This document shows positions 14,601-28,404 of a DNA stretch of 64,000 nt, piece after piece (position 1 is the first letter of the stretch; every line of letters starts with the position of its first letter). The notes under the pieces were generated by a model. It made no database searches, was not told the DNA's origin, and was given only the letters and a program-made list of their open reading frames with translations. A program made the position numbers and the translations under genes. The DNA lies in contig NC_045697.1 in assembly GCF_009834535.1 (NCBI RefSeq), positions 55,802,001 to 55,866,000 on the forward strand, written 5' to 3'. The DNA is from Camelus ferus. Its lineage: Eukaryota.

Positions 14601-16199
14601 ATTTTATTAGGTCTCATCATAAACTACTAGTTAAACTAAAAAATACGTGGCTCTAGAGCCAGATAATCTCCCTTCATTGCTGTCTGAGAATGAAAGATGG
14701 TATCACACTCTTCTCTTTTCCTCAAGAAGTAGCTCCCCTTAGCAGAAAATAAGGAACATGATGGTTTCAAATAAAATGAGCTGAGTGCTTGGCAATCACC
14801 TTTGTAGGTTAATACCTCTTAATACCAACACACCCAGAATTACCAGCACTCTATGCAATTTAACATTATACATTCTCTTTCAAAACCAAAACCATCTCTT
14901 GTTCAGTAGATCATCGTGCATCTGTCATCCATCCCAAGGGAGAACACTGTAAAATGGTCACCAATTTCAGGGATTCCAAACACTTTTGCCCATTGCATCT
15001 TAGTATCAAAGCCACCAAGAAAAACATAGTGCAGTCAAGCACTGGATGGAACAACACTCTACTCACATAGAATAGAGAGAAAGATCATCTACAATATTGT
15101 GTGTCATTCCCTCATGGCCAGTGGACACCAAACCCCTCTCCTGAAGCCAGTGCAAAGCAAATGCCTTATGCACACTCTTCTCATGCTCCAGGAGACTCTA
15201 GACTCCTTCTCTGTGGAGTCTGAAATACCTAATGTTGATGATGTGCACAGTGATGTATAAGCTTAAACAAAACAAAAGAAAACTCACTGAGCCTTCAACA
15301 GGGAAAGCTTTTGCCACACAAGGTAAGAAGCCTGATACAGGCTGTGTGGGCTCTTTTATCTCTTTGTAGAAGAAGAAGTGTTCCAGGCCTAAGGCCTATT
15401 CTTAAGTGGCCAAGAGGGGGTCAAAAGACTGTGCACATGATAACGCTTTTCCCTACACCTCCTGACTTCCCTTTGACTGTCAATTTGCCATCTTCACTCC
15501 CTCTGACAGCAAAAACCACAAAAATCCCAAAGAACAAAAACCAAAAAACCTAAAACCCTTGATTAAGGTGTTTACACTTGTCTTTAGTCTCTCTATGCCA
15601 ATTTTATCTTTTTTTATTTTGCTAACCACTGATGTACTAGAAGCAGCAGGCGAACGCTCATGCTTGCATCTACCTTGCAGACACACAGTCATTAAGAATT
15701 ATCAAAGCACAACCGGTGCACTAGTTTCGAGTATGAAAATATTTGCAAAGCATTCATTTCAACTTTCAGCATCATAAATGATGTCGCACTCAGATTTCAA
15801 TTCTGATACATTATTACCCTTTTGAAGTATATAAAGTTACTATCATTTTCTACAGTTCTAAGCATATTAAAATTCTACTGGATTTCAAAAAGGGACCAAC
15901 AAATAATTAACTTACTATGCAAATATCAACTTGAAAAAAATTTTTGCTATTTACACATTAACTTTTGCTTTAGTGAATGTGTACAAGGATTTAATTTTTA
16001 AAAAGGCAATATTACACAGTATATCCCACATTTATCACATTTCTTAAAGTGTTAAGATTGTATGACTTATTTCTATGTATTTTTTCATAATTAAAGAAAA
16101 ACTCAAAACATTATAGATTTTGTAACAATTTGAGGAGCTTCTTTTTTCATTACATTGAATTATTATATATAAAGTTATTTAAGGAAAATTAATATTTGC

Positions 16200-18560
16200 T
16201 GCTTTACTCCTTTGCACCATATAAAGTGCTCTTAAATTCTTCCTGAGTATCCAAGCTTCTGTCTACCATCATTTCTTTTAAGGATTAAGACCTTCCTTTA
16301 GCATTTAATATACTATAGTCTGCTGGAGGCAAATTCCATTTTTTACTTATGTCTAATTGTTTTTATTTCACTCTCATTTTTGTAGTATATGTTTGTTAGG
16401 TGTAAAATTATAAGTTGATAGGCTTTTTTCTTTTAATACTTAAAAAATAATTCCACTCAGCTGGCCCTATTGTTTTTGATAAAAAGGGAACTGATATTTG
16501 CATTGCTGTTCCATTGTATGTACTCTGTCTTATTTTTTGGCAATTTTTAATTATTTCTCTTCATCTTTGATTTTCAGCATTTTGTCTATGATGTACTTAG
16601 GTGTAGTTTTCATTCATCCAGTTTAGGATTCACTGAGAGTCTTGGATCTGTAGGTTATGGTTTTTCATTAATTTGGGATATTTTTCACACTATCACATCA
16701 AATAGTTTTCTCTTCTCAATATCTTCTCTCTTCTCTTTCTGCAAGTCTGTTTATAAATATTTAGATTAAGTGATATTGCCCCACAAGTCACTGAGGTTTT
16801 GTTTACTTATTTTTTAGCTGTTTTTCCCTATTCTTTAGACTGAATTCCTATTGGTTTGTATTCAGATTAACTAATTTTTTTCTGGTCTCTAATCTACTAT
16901 TAAACTCATTCAGTTAATTTTCATTCCACTTTTTTTGCTGTAACTTATATAATTTTTATTTTATTTTTTATTATTTTTCTTTGCTGAGGTTCTAAATCTG
17001 TTTACTTACTGTTATGAGTTAAATTGTGTTCCCCCAAAATTCCTATGTTGAAGTCCTACCTCCTAGGATCTCAGAATGTGACCTTATTTGGAGATATAAC
17101 TAGTTAAGCTAAAATGAGGTCCTTAGAGTGAGCCATAATCCAATATGACTATTATCCTTATAAAAAGAGGAAGTTTAGATACAGTCACATACACAGGGAG
17201 GATGCTATATGAAAATTAAGGCAGAATTAGAAAATATGCTGCTTCAATAAACAAAGGAGTACCAAATATTGTAGCAAACCACAAGCAGCTAGGTGAGAGG
17301 AGCAGAAAAGTTACCTCTCACAGCTAGTTCTCAGGAGGAATCAATCCTGTGAACACCTTGATCTTTGACTTTCTACCCTCCAGAATGGGAGACAAATACA
17401 TGTACGTGATTTGAGCCACTAATTTGTAATACTGGTTATGATAAGCCTAGCAAACTAATTCTTTCTTTCCTTCTTTTTTTTTTTTTTTCAACTTTTGAAT
17501 GTATTTTAAGTAGTTGTTTTAAATTTCTTGTTTCTTATGGCCAACATATTAGTTATCTTTTGACTATTTATATTGGCTAGACTCTTTTTGATTATGGTTA
17601 TTTTCCTTCTTCTTCATGTGTCTAGTAACTCTTTTTTTCTATATTGAATATTGAGGATGCTATATTATAGAAGCTCTGGATTACATTATGTTCTTGTAAA
17701 ATGTCTGATTTGGTTGTGGGCAGAAGTTAAATTATGAAAGAATTATTTTTTATCCTGATAGGTTTTTATTAATTTTTGGTTGTATGTCTCTTACCTCGGT
17801 TGTAGTCTTTACTCCCAAACTGTGGCTTTTCTTAGCTCTCAGTTGATTGCCTTAAGTCATTATCTGGATGCTTCCGTTTTCAGTCCAGGTGAAACTGCTA
17901 CAGCTCTCAGCTATGAGCAACCCCAACAGAAGGCTCTTTCTGCTAGGCTTACTTAATGGAGTATTGCTTTGAATATGTTCAGCTCAATAATCAGCTGAAA
18001 GCCCATGGGGTCCCCTTCACAAACTTCTGCGTATCCTGCTTAGCAAGCACATCTTTTATTCCTTTCTAGAATCCATTCCCATAAATTCCAGCTGCTTCAA
18101 GGCCACAAAATCCATTCTCAGCCTCCTCTGTTCAACATGACCCCATACTTCCTTGGTATAGTTGGGGGATCCGAGCAGAATAAGCTATCCCTCCCTGTAT
18201 TTAACTGTTTTTAAGAATCATAGTCTTGTGCTGCCAATTGTCTAAAAACCTGAAAACTGTCACCTCATATATTCTTGATAGTTTTATAATCATTTACTGT
18301 GGGAATGGAAAAGTAGATTTAGTGCTTGTTAACGTGTTTCATCCAGAAATCTATATTACAATTTTAAAATATATTTATCATAATTATTTTAAAGTTCTTA
18401 TCAGATAACTATAATTTTTAATCTCCTTTGGATATGTCTCTAAATTTTATCTCTTTCAAGTGACTTGTTTCATCTTAATACTTCTGGTAATTTTTTCATC
18501 TATAGCAATACTTTTTAATATAAAAAGTTTGGGGGCAACTTATACATCTGTATAATATTA
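16200..18560 (-). mobile_element. Ancient L1 (L1M-type 5'/ORF1 region), antisense, interrupted by an MLT1 LTR
   Basis: T-rich plus strand with antisense L1 ORF1 signatures (ccttcctttagcattt...agtctgctggaggcaaattcc; gattcactgagagtcttggatctgtagg). It resumes after 17460. Confidence 0.7.
17010..17459 (+). mobile_element. MaLR solo LTR (MLT1B/C-like)
   Basis: Starts tgttatgagttaaattgtgttcccccaaaattcctatgttgaagtcc...ctcagaatgtgaccttatttggagat and ends ...gcctagcaaactaat, characteristic MLT1 termini. Confidence 0.9.
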
Positions 18561-18669
18561 TTTTCCTCTGAATTTCTGACAGGCAGTAGGAAAGATCACT
18601 TTAACCCCTCTGAATCATAATATTCTTGATTTTTGTTTATATCACCAAAAGAAAAATTTTAAACTCACA

Positions 18670-19070
18670 TAAATCATTAATTCATTTAGCAAATATGTAT
18701 TAAACATCTATTATGTTCTGGCTACTGTTCTAATCTATCCTAATCTGGGTATAAAAATATGAATAAGACAGATCTTGTCTCTGACGTCATTGAGCTAGTA
18801 TTCTAGTGGGAGAAGAAAAACTAAAAATGAAAAAAAGTAAACAAAATAATTTCAGATAGTGATTAAAATTATGCAGAGTAAAAGAAAAGCATATTGGGAT
18901 TGGGTGTGATGGGAGTGGTCCTGCTTTAGAGAAGGTCTTCAAAAGGCCCCATTTAATAAGATGACATTTGAGCTGATATCCACCTGTCAGATGAGAAGAA
19001 ACAGGCCACTGAAAGATCAGAGAGATGTGGACTCCAGGCCAAAGACAGCACAAAAGCAAATAATTTGAGG
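18670..19070 (-). mobile_element. L2 LINE 3' end
   Basis: Antisense L2 tail ttcatttagcaaatatgtattaaacatctattatgttctggctactgttcta, plus gatgacatttgagctgata. Confidence 0.8.
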
Positions 19071-19539
19071 GACAGAAAAATACATTAGGTTAGATGTTTC
19101 CCTAAATTCAAATGGATGAGATTATTTTGACATGTTCTAAATATTGGACTAATATAATAATTATATTGACTAATTTTACAGATTTATTTCCACATAATTA
19201 GTGAAAATAATTCTGATTCCAATTTCAAGACTCCAGGGTTCTTCCCTTAATAAATATAATAAATACTTATAGGCTAAGTTGTTGTTGGTAACTTTAAGGT
19301 ATGCAACAAATTTATTCTATCTATGTAGAGAAAAGAGAACATTCCATCTCTGCCTTCAAGAACCTTAACATTTATTGAGAAAAGAAAGGACAATAATATA
19401 AATATAATCATCAACAAAACATTTGTTAAAGTTAGATTCACTAAGTATGGTATAATACATTATACTACTGCTAACTCAGTTTTATAGACTGAAAAATGTT
19501 ATAGTAGATCTGAGAAGATAGTGGAGTTTTGACAACTAC

Positions 19540-19735
19540 TAGTAGCTAAGAGCTAATCCTTACTGAAGACTTTTTCTGTTCCAATTATGTACTGACTGAT
19601 TTAATTCTAACAACTCTATATTGTAGACACTTCTGCTGACATTTTGAATTCACAAATGAAGAAACTAAACTACAGAAAGGTATTAATACCTTCCCCAAGG
19701 TCATAACTTTAGTTACATGTTAGAACTGGCTTCAG
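19540..19735 (-). mobile_element. MIR SINE
   Basis: cacaaatgaagaaactaaactacagaaaggtattaataccttccccaaggtcata is an antisense MIR core. Confidence 0.75.
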
Positions 19736-19745
19736 AGTTTATACT

Positions 19746-19810
19746 AGATAGAAAGATAGACGGATGGATGGATGGATGGATGGATGGATGGATGGATGGA
19801 CGGATGAAGG

Positions 19811-19846
<36 letters not shown>

Positions 19847-19855
19847 TCCATCCAT
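19746..19855. repeat. Compound tetranucleotide microsatellite (GGAT)n-(AGAT)n
   Basis: Direct reading: a GGAT array followed by an AGAT array. Confidence 0.95.
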
Positions 19856-22800
19856 ATAGACTTTACAGATGAGAAGGCATATAACTGAATTTTGAGACTT
19901 GGTAGGGTAAACAAAGAAGATATAAATATTAATGTAAATATTAATTTTCATATTTTGGGGCTTCAGATCAGGAAAAAAACTAAAAAAACATATTTCAGGT
20001 GGAAAATACAATTCCATAGACTAATCAGATTCTTACCAGGATTTCTGCACCAATAACATTGCATGATTATGGGAATCCCATGAAAAACAAAACACTTTAC
20101 AAAGTTTCCTATGTAGCAATTGTTTAAAAATGATATACTTCTAAATTTAAATGAGAAGGATTCTTTCATATATTTTCCTCCAAATGTCTTTGGATTATAT
20201 AACATGGGTCACTATATAGATCTCTTTGTAACAACAGAAACAAATTTACTGATGTATCTCTATACCCCATACTTTTAAAAAGGTATAAAATATTACACAT
20301 GTATATTCCTCAGAAAATATTTTCAACTGTTTTCAATGTTTAGCTCTCACTTTATATCCTACTCCTTTTTTCCCCCTAATTATCAAACAGTTCCTTTTGA
20401 CTCAATATAAACTTCATCATTCTGTTAAATTAATTTGATTTTTAAACAGAATTACAATTCATTGTTCTCTCTGAGGTCAAATCTACTTTATATTTCTTTT
20501 CAAAAATTTCCAACTCAGTAACCAGCTAAATAATAAAAAGAAATCAATTTTTAAAATAAAAGAATTTTGGAAAGCCTATTATATATAATTCAGAACAGAT
20601 GTGGTTATCCTGAATTTGAATCTCTTGAATCATAACTGTCATTGTCATCCTTTTTGTAATAGTAAAATACATGTAAGACCGAGCATTATGCATGATTACA
20701 TTGAAAGAAGACAGGATAATAGGGGCTATAGTCATCCAAAAATCTCAAATTTTAAACTAAGCATTAAGAAAAAACTAGTAATGCCCTTAACTTTTAAGAA
20801 TACAGTTTTCCTCGGGACTGTATTCACTTCAGTTAGCATCTTTAATTTAAACTGTTATAATTTTCTTTCTTTTTTTTTTTTTTTGCTTATCTATACAGTT
20901 CTCTTTTAAGATGTTAGGTTAATATCTTGGAAAAATACCAAATAATAAGTATATATCACATCAAGAAAATGTTTTACTAGAATTTCAGAATGTTATGTAT
21001 CTGTGCCAAGATCATTGTCATTTGAATCTTTTTGTGATTCTCTGTCTCTCCGGCTTTAAACAAGTTCTAAAAGTTGGTTATAACTTTCTAAACTATTTCT
21101 GAACTGAGAAAAATTCATAATACTGGTTTCAAAACCCATATATTTGAAAAGAAAACAAAGAATTCCTTGTTCTATGCAGAACTTCAAAATGCTCATTCAT
21201 ATGACTTCATAGTAATGTTAGTGTGTTGAACAAGGGAAAGGGCTAGATACTCTCCCAAGATGGCCTTCTTACTTAGGTCTCGACTGCTTTCTTATTAGCT
21301 GGTAAATCCCTATCTCATTTACTTTTTCTTTCATTTGTCACTATTTGTCAGGAGCAGGCCACATAAAATTCCTGTGTAAGTTAAAAAAAAAAGTTTTCTT
21401 TCTGCAATTATTCAGTTATTCAGCCAACACTATGTGAATGTCAGGAATAGCATATGGCACACCAAGGAAGAAATGATCAAGCCAGACAAGGTTACTGACT
21501 ATATGAAATAGCTATTTTGGGGGAAGAAAGACAAATATGCATACAACCTCAACATTTTTTAATAAATGTGTTAATCAGAGTAGAAGAGGTATTATGGAAT
21601 AGCATAAGGAGAGAATCTAAACCAGAAGGGATGTCAGGAAAAGTGCTTGAGATGCTTTTTCAAAGACAGATCTGAGTAGGGACAAGCTACGTGAAGAAAG
21701 AAGGAAGCGTTTCCCCAAAGAAAACATTGTTTATGCCAAAATCTAGAGGTTTAAAGGCACATAGTACTTCCCAATGGTCATGCCCTTGCCAGCAAGGGTA
21801 AGAGTTAAATTCACTTTGAAAAAGAAACACTGCTCTCTCGGATAATGCTTGGATGGAAATTATTAGTATTTTTCCGGGTGAATGTACTTTCTTTTTAAAT
21901 TGTCAAGTTGAACAACCCTTCTACCTGTATTAATACATTAAATGAGATATAGTTGAGTCTTACTGGCCAGTAATACATGTCTCTTTGGGAAGAAAAGGTA
22001 ATATATGAATCTAAAATATAATTCTTTGTATTATAAATTTCTAATTCAAGACTGATTTTAATCTTACTTCTAATAGTACTGTGTTATTTAGCTGTTTTCA
22101 CTTTAGTCCCCATGTAATTTTAGCATGCAGAAAAAAAATTTAAAATTCCGAAAAACTGGACACAATGAAAAAGTAATGTTGACTCTAGAAGAAAGAATAC
22201 TATCATATAAACTGCACAGCCTCCCTTGAAAATCTAGCTAGAAAGTTCATTGAAGTTTTAAGGCACCCATGCCATTACTGTGGTAGAATTTAAGTTTTTC
22301 CAAATTTTCTGACCTTTATGTTTTATGAGTAAAAATTTAAAATATGAAAATAAGAATGTAAAACTAAAATATCAGAAAACACATATCAAAGAGAACATAA
22401 CTGACATTATTTCAGGCTGAAGAGAAGAAAAAAATCAGGTTAGAAAGAGTTCTCATGTATGAAGGAGGATTATTTTATGGCAGATGATAATAAAAGATTT
22501 TCAAATTCTAGTAGAGAGAGAATACAATTGAGAGATGACAGAAGGCAGTTTAGTTAGGAGAGAAGGCAATTTCCTTAACGGTAAGGGTCACAGAAATTCG
22601 AACTTGTTTACCAAAGGCTCAATTTCATTTCTGGAAGCTTTGATAAAGGTCTCATGTTAAATTCATTTACTTTTAATGGATCATATGTGACATTACTTGA
22701 GGACAATAAGGACAATAGTATGATCTTCTGAATCTCTCCCAGTCATGCATTTTCATATCTCTAGTGGCTTTTCTAGTCTAGTAATAAGCCAAAGAATGCT

Positions 22801-24539
22801 GTATGGATTTACTCACTCAGTTTTCCTCTCATGTAGTTTTTGCAATATTTTGGAATTATATAATCAGTAATTTAAATAATTTCCTTAAAAGTACATGAAA
22901 GAATATAAAAGCATAACTAAATGCCCATACATAGTCAAGGTCAGTTAGTGACCTCAAGTTCAAGTAAGCACATGAGGCTACAGATAAAATATAAACAATA
23001 TGAAACTATCAATAGTTTAGTACTGAATGTTAATAAATAGACAATGAATATGTAATCAAAAAGACTTTACTCAGAATCCCAAGGTTAGTACTTTAAAAAT
23101 GAAAATGGGACATCGATCTCTTTTCCTATGGGGACATTAATATGGCTTAAATATAACAAGTATAGTTGAAAACTTGGTTATCGTTTATTCCTTTTTTCTA
23201 CTTTACCCTAGTTTAATAGTTTCTTTCAAACTCAATCATCTTCAAAATGTGTGTATGTGTTCTTCTGTTTCTTATAATAAAAACAAGACTCTCTAATAGG
23301 ATTTTTCAAAAACAATAAAATTATTAGTATATATGTGTATTCTGCCAATCACATAAATATATTAAGATGGCAGCTGTTTTAAGAAGCTAAATTAATTCAT
23401 AAGAATCAAACAAGGCAAATGCTTCTTCTTCTAAAGCAACTGACATTCCAATTGACATTCATGAAGCAGTGAGAAAGTAGGTTAGACCAATCTGTAAGAA
23501 AATGCAGAAAATACAAATAGAGAGTAAGCCTCTTGTAAATAGTTAAGTAAAATCCTTCAAGCTTAGCCAAACTCTGGTAAGAATCTGAGTTCAAGTGTCT
23601 TGATCCCAGTTCAACCTCAAATTCATGTTGTAACCTCTAATTCACTGGGCTTACAATTCTTCCCTTCAATATATGAAAAATAAGGATAATAATTCCAGAC
23701 TATAATATGATGTTGATACATTCTATAAAGTAAGTATGTCTAATATCATAAAAATATGACATACTAACATTACATTTTTATTGTTATAATCCAATATGGT
23801 AAGTTTAAATCTACATAGCTAGAGAAGTATTGCACTTCTTTGTAAAGCTACATTACAAATGGAAATCATGTCTATATACTTTGTTTTATGTAATGTAAGA
23901 CATTATTATTTTAGGTACCACTAAGAAAGAAAAAAGTGCTGCCAGTTAAAATATAATCCTATTATTTCTTATCACCAGAATTTTTGCTTTTGTTTGTTTT
24001 TATCTTACTAAGACAATTCTTTTACAATTACATAGACACCTATCTTCACCATATGATTAATCATTTTGTTCATTTCTACAAACACAATAAACTTTGTTTT
24101 AAATGTCAAAATATGCTTCTAAATTTTGAAGACCTTAAATTTGTTACTATGGAATATTTTGAATATATACAAGAGTAGAGAGATAATTATAATGAATTTC
24201 GATGCATCCTTCACTCAGATTCACTATCTATGAAGTTTCTCATACCTTCATTCAATTCCCCCCTCTTTACTAGAATATTTAAAGTAGATCATATAGCCAG
24301 TTCAATGTATATGTGTAGTTCAATGTATATCTCTAAAATATATCTTTGAGATATTTAATACACAATACTATTATCACAACTGAAACAAAAGTGCAACTCT
24401 AATGTTACCAAATTTCTAGATCGTGTGGAAAGATGTTTTAAATGCCAATTAAATTAAAAAATTCAATAGTATAAGTAACAAAATGAACTCAAATAAGGTA
24501 AAAATAATAGTTTCAATAAATATCTTTAAGCTTATACAC

Positions 24540-24660
24540 ATGTAGACAAAGACATCTATATCATAAATGCTGTCTGCACGAAATGTATTTAAGTTGTATA
24601 TCAATTCCAGAGATGTTAAAGTGTACGAATGTGCTTCTTAAAATATGAAATCTGATGTAA
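24540..24660. mobile_element. Possible Tc2/Kanga-like (MER104-like) DNA transposon end
   Basis: aatgtgcttcttaaaatatgaaatctgatgta resembles the decayed Tc2 terminus gtgcgtcttagaatcgatgaaatacggta. Confidence 0.3.
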
Positions 24661-25079
24661 GTACATTAATTCTTTTTTCTCTTCCCCATATCATTTGTGA
24701 CATTCTGAGATTATGTCACAATATTTTTATAATGAATGAATAAACTATGAACCCTCCAAGGATAGATTCATTGGCTTAGCATTGTTTTAAATAGCTTTGT
24801 ATCAGGTATTTGATGTTCATTTTTAATATTCCAAAGTTTCATATTCCAAAATGTACCAATATTTCGTCATCATCTCTGCAGGATCAAAACTACCATTATT
24901 CATAGTTCACCAAGATACTGGAATAGTTCTAAAGTAATAAAACCAGTTAGGCATCTTTTATGCTTGGTACAAATACAGTATTTTCAATTATCTTCCAATA
25001 AATCCTCTCAGTGAATGCCATCTCACAAAAGCAAGTATAGGCAAACTTCCTCAGCAATGTTATTTTGGCAGATATCGTC

Positions 25080-25750
25080 AATCTGCTGACTCAGTGTTCA
25101 TTCCAACCTTTTCCTAGTTCACATTTTACACTACAGAGGCCAGATGCTAGAAAGTTTATAACTCCATTTATAGATATGTTTGAAGTTTCACCCATCAAGT
25201 TCATCTGCAAAATATTTGGAAAGCAGAAATAGAACACTGGGAGGTAGAACCTGGCCTAACGTCTGCTGCTTTTGCTGTTTCCTCTGGCAATTGCATCTCT
25301 GACAGCATTTCCCTCCTTTTTCCCCCTCCCCCGTCCTGCCCAGCAGCTATTTCAGAGGTCTTAGTGCCCATTCCCTGGTTTCAAGGGCACAGGCGATATT
25401 GTGTGAGCATTTATTTTGCTGCTGCACGTTGGAGCAGAAGAGGCATCGTTCTGGAGCTGGAAACTGTACCAGTATTTTCCCATTTTAGCACAAGCCTTCC
25501 TGCTAATGGCAGGAGTAGCATGCTGCTATGTTGAGAACTTCCTGATTCTACCCTTTCATGGCAGTTCTAGAGGCAGTAAAGATATTGGCAGCACAGAACT
25601 ACAGTGTGACCTGGACATCTTTTTGGAAGATCTGCTTGAAGTATGTCTTTTCAGCTCACTCATATGTTTTTACAAGCTAGGTAATACCATTATAATAAAT
25701 CACATTTCATTTAAAGTAGAGTGGATTCTCTGTAATTGTATCCACTAATG
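25080..25750 (+). mobile_element. Probable ancient LTR (ERVL/MaLR class)
   Basis: Higher-GC block starting gctgactcagtgttcattcc and ending aataaatc...tttaaagtagagtggattctctgtaattg, which is LTR-like 3' architecture. Family uncertain. Confidence 0.45.
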
Positions 25751-25912
25751 CACTATTCTTGTGTGTGCCATATAATAAATATGCCATATAATATTCAGGT
25801 ATTTCTTACCCCTTAATTATACTATTTTAGATTCAGGAGGTCACAGAGAATAACAGAGAAAATCTACGTATTTAGGATGCTTATTAGCTCATCTCATCTT
25901 CATCAAATCTTT

Positions 25913-26484
25913 TTTTTTTAACATTTTTTATTGATTTATAATCATTTTACAATGTTGTGTCAAATTCCAGTGTTCAGCACAATTTTTCAGTTATTCATGG
26001 ACATATACACACTCATTGTCACATTTTTTTTCTCTGTGAGTTATCATAACATTTTGTGTATATTTCCCTGTGCTATACAGTGTAGTCTATTCTACAGTTT
26101 TGAAATCCCAGTCTATCCCTTCCCACCCTCCACCCCCCTGGTAACCACAAGTCTGTATTCTCTGTCTGTGAGTCTATTTCTGTCCTTTATTTACACTTTG
26201 TTTTTGTTTGTTTGTTTGTTTTTGTTTTTGTTTTTTAGATTCCACATATGAGCGATCTCATATGGTATTTTTCTTTCTCTTTCTGGCTTACTTCACTTAG
26301 AATGACATTCTCCAGGAGCATCCATGTTGCTGCAAATGGCATTATGTTGTCGGTTTTTATGGCTGAGTAGTATTCCATTGTATAAATATACCACTTCTTC
26401 TTTATCCAGTCACCTGTTGATGGACATTTAGGCTGTTTCCATGTTTTGGCTATTGTAAATAGTGCTGCTATGAACACTGGGGTG
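25913..26484 (-). mobile_element. Young 5'-truncated L1 (ORF2 C-terminus plus 3' UTR), antisense, with 12-bp TSD
   Basis: Minus ORF 26235-26477 ([19 protein letters not shown]...WYIYTMEYYSAIK...LICGI*) is the L1 ORF2 C-terminus. Poly(T) at about 25910-25919. TSD catcaaatcttt at 25901-25912 and 26485-26496. Confidence 0.96.
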
Positions 26485-26554
26485 CATCAAATCTTTAGAT
26501 ACAAATAAATCCATACCAAACAGCCAGCAGACCCACAGCCAGGACAGAATACCT

Positions 26555-26775
26555 GAATCCATGTTTTAGTCTTAACCTCATTGTGCAGGGCAAAGGTCTC
26601 CATCTATGTGAGTTTTCAATGTGCCCAATGCTATTTTTCAGTGTTTATTTTGAGTCAGTTATTTAGCATTTCCTTCAGCTTCTATTTTCCCATTTATAAA
26701 ATAGAGATAACAGTATTGAACACATATAGTAATTGGCAGGGTTTATGGAACTTTTACACATGCTGACCTTGGTAA
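26555..26775 (+). mobile_element. MIR fragments
   Basis: cttcagcttctattttcccatttataaaatagagataacagtatt resembles the MIR core. Confidence 0.5.
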
Positions 26776-27154
26776 AATGTTTGTTTTGGTGGTGCTGGTG
26801 CTACTGATCACGGTGGTTGTGATTCTCTGAGCTGTGGTTGTTGAAATTTTTACAAATATTATATAGAGCAAGAGTCTCTAAGTGAAATCAAATACTGCAG
26901 AAAATTGCCTTTTGCTACAAATTTCAATCCCATAATATTATATGGGTTATATGTAATTATTTATAACACAGATATAAATATCTTTATATATTCAAAATGA
27001 ACATTAACATTAATTATCAAAAATGTGGAGAATAAATGAAATTCTTATTAGTTCATTGTAATGTGAAATATTTCAAGCAAGCTTTGATACTGAACAAAGA
27101 TTAAACACCTAGACACATAAAGGCAATATGGAATATCTAACACATAATATTTTC

Positions 27155-27592
27155 TTATTTTTTATTGTTGACACTTATCATGAAATCTACCCTCTTAACA
27201 AATTGTTAAGTGAACAATACAGTAATATTAACCATAGGCACAATGTTGTATAGTAGATCTCCAGAATTTGCTCATCTTTTATAATCGTAACTTTTTATCT
27301 GTTGACCAGCAACTCCTCATTTCCCTCCCAGACTTCTCTCTGCCTCTATGAGTTTGACTATATCAGATGCTTCATATAAGTGGCATCATGTAGTATTTGT
27401 CCCGTAATTGGCTTATTTTGTTAACCCTAAAGCCTTCAAGATTCATCTACTTTGTAGTATAAGACACAATTTCCTTTGTTTTTAATGTTGCATGCTATTT
27501 TTTTTGTATATGTCACATTTTCTTTATCCACTCATCCATCAATAGACATTTTGGTTGTTTCCACATCTTGGCTATTGTGAATGATGTTGCAA
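27155..27592 (-). mobile_element. L1MA/L1MB-type 3' end, antisense
   Basis: atgaaatctaccctcttaacaaattgttaagtgaacaatacag...ttggttgtttccacatcttggctattgtgaatgatgttgca is an antisense L1 3' UTR and ORF2 end. Confidence 0.85.
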
Positions 27593-28348
27593 ACATCACA
27601 ATATTTTTTAAATAGAAAGATTTTAGGAAAAACAAAGTCCTTGAGTTAGAATAACTTTAAGAGTTGGATGTACTTGTGAAAAACAAATTAGATATATGTG
27701 TATTATAAAACCATAGTTTTATACTTTCATTTATTAAAAATCTTTATTTTATATGAACTTTATACTTTGATTTGCTTTAATTTTATTTAAATATTTGCTG
27801 AACTGTAAAAGTATAAAATGGATCATATGTTGTATTAATTTGAGTTAAATATTTGTAAAGTTTTATATTTTGATAATGATAATGATTTAATTTGCCACAT
27901 CAAAATCATATTATTCAATTATCTTGTTAAATTATACAGCACATATTCCATTGAAACCCTATTTGATCACTTAAAATCAAAACTATATAAAATATTAATA
28001 AATATTTTCAAATAATTTAAAACACTCATAACCTTCCAATCTAAACCTTATTTCTAGTTTTATAGATTGCCATTCAATCTTATTCTCTATATATGCTCAG
28101 TTAAAAGTATTTGAGCTCATTTTATGCATGTCTTTATGTTTTTGATTGCTTTTTCTTTAATATCATAATACTAAAGGAGTATTATTACAATGTAGTCTAA
28201 ATAACCACAAACTTTAATGGCTGACCAGTGGCATCACACATATATCACAGTTTAATAAACTACTTTTTGAATTTATAATTAATAGGAAAAATGTCATGTG
28301 TACTTTTATGAGTGACGTTTTTGTTTCTGTTTTTCTTTTTGTTTTGAC

Positions 28349-28404
28349 TTTGGTTCAGTTATCTTTTAACTTTTGGTTAATTTGGTTCAATTATCTTTTA
28401 ACTT
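28349..28404. repeat. 24-bp direct repeat with 32-bp period
   Basis: tttggttcagttatcttttaactt (28349-28372) and tttggttcaattatcttttaactt (28381-28404). Confidence 0.85.

Noticed and set aside
14583..14611. 9-bp inverted repeat cctaataaa/tttattagg
   Set aside because: Short and AT-rich, so within chance expectation.
23406..23520. Strong minus-strand acceptor (ttttctgcattttcttacag) with a short ORF
   Set aside because: No convincing donor or recognisable peptide. Isolated acceptors are common in T-rich DNA.
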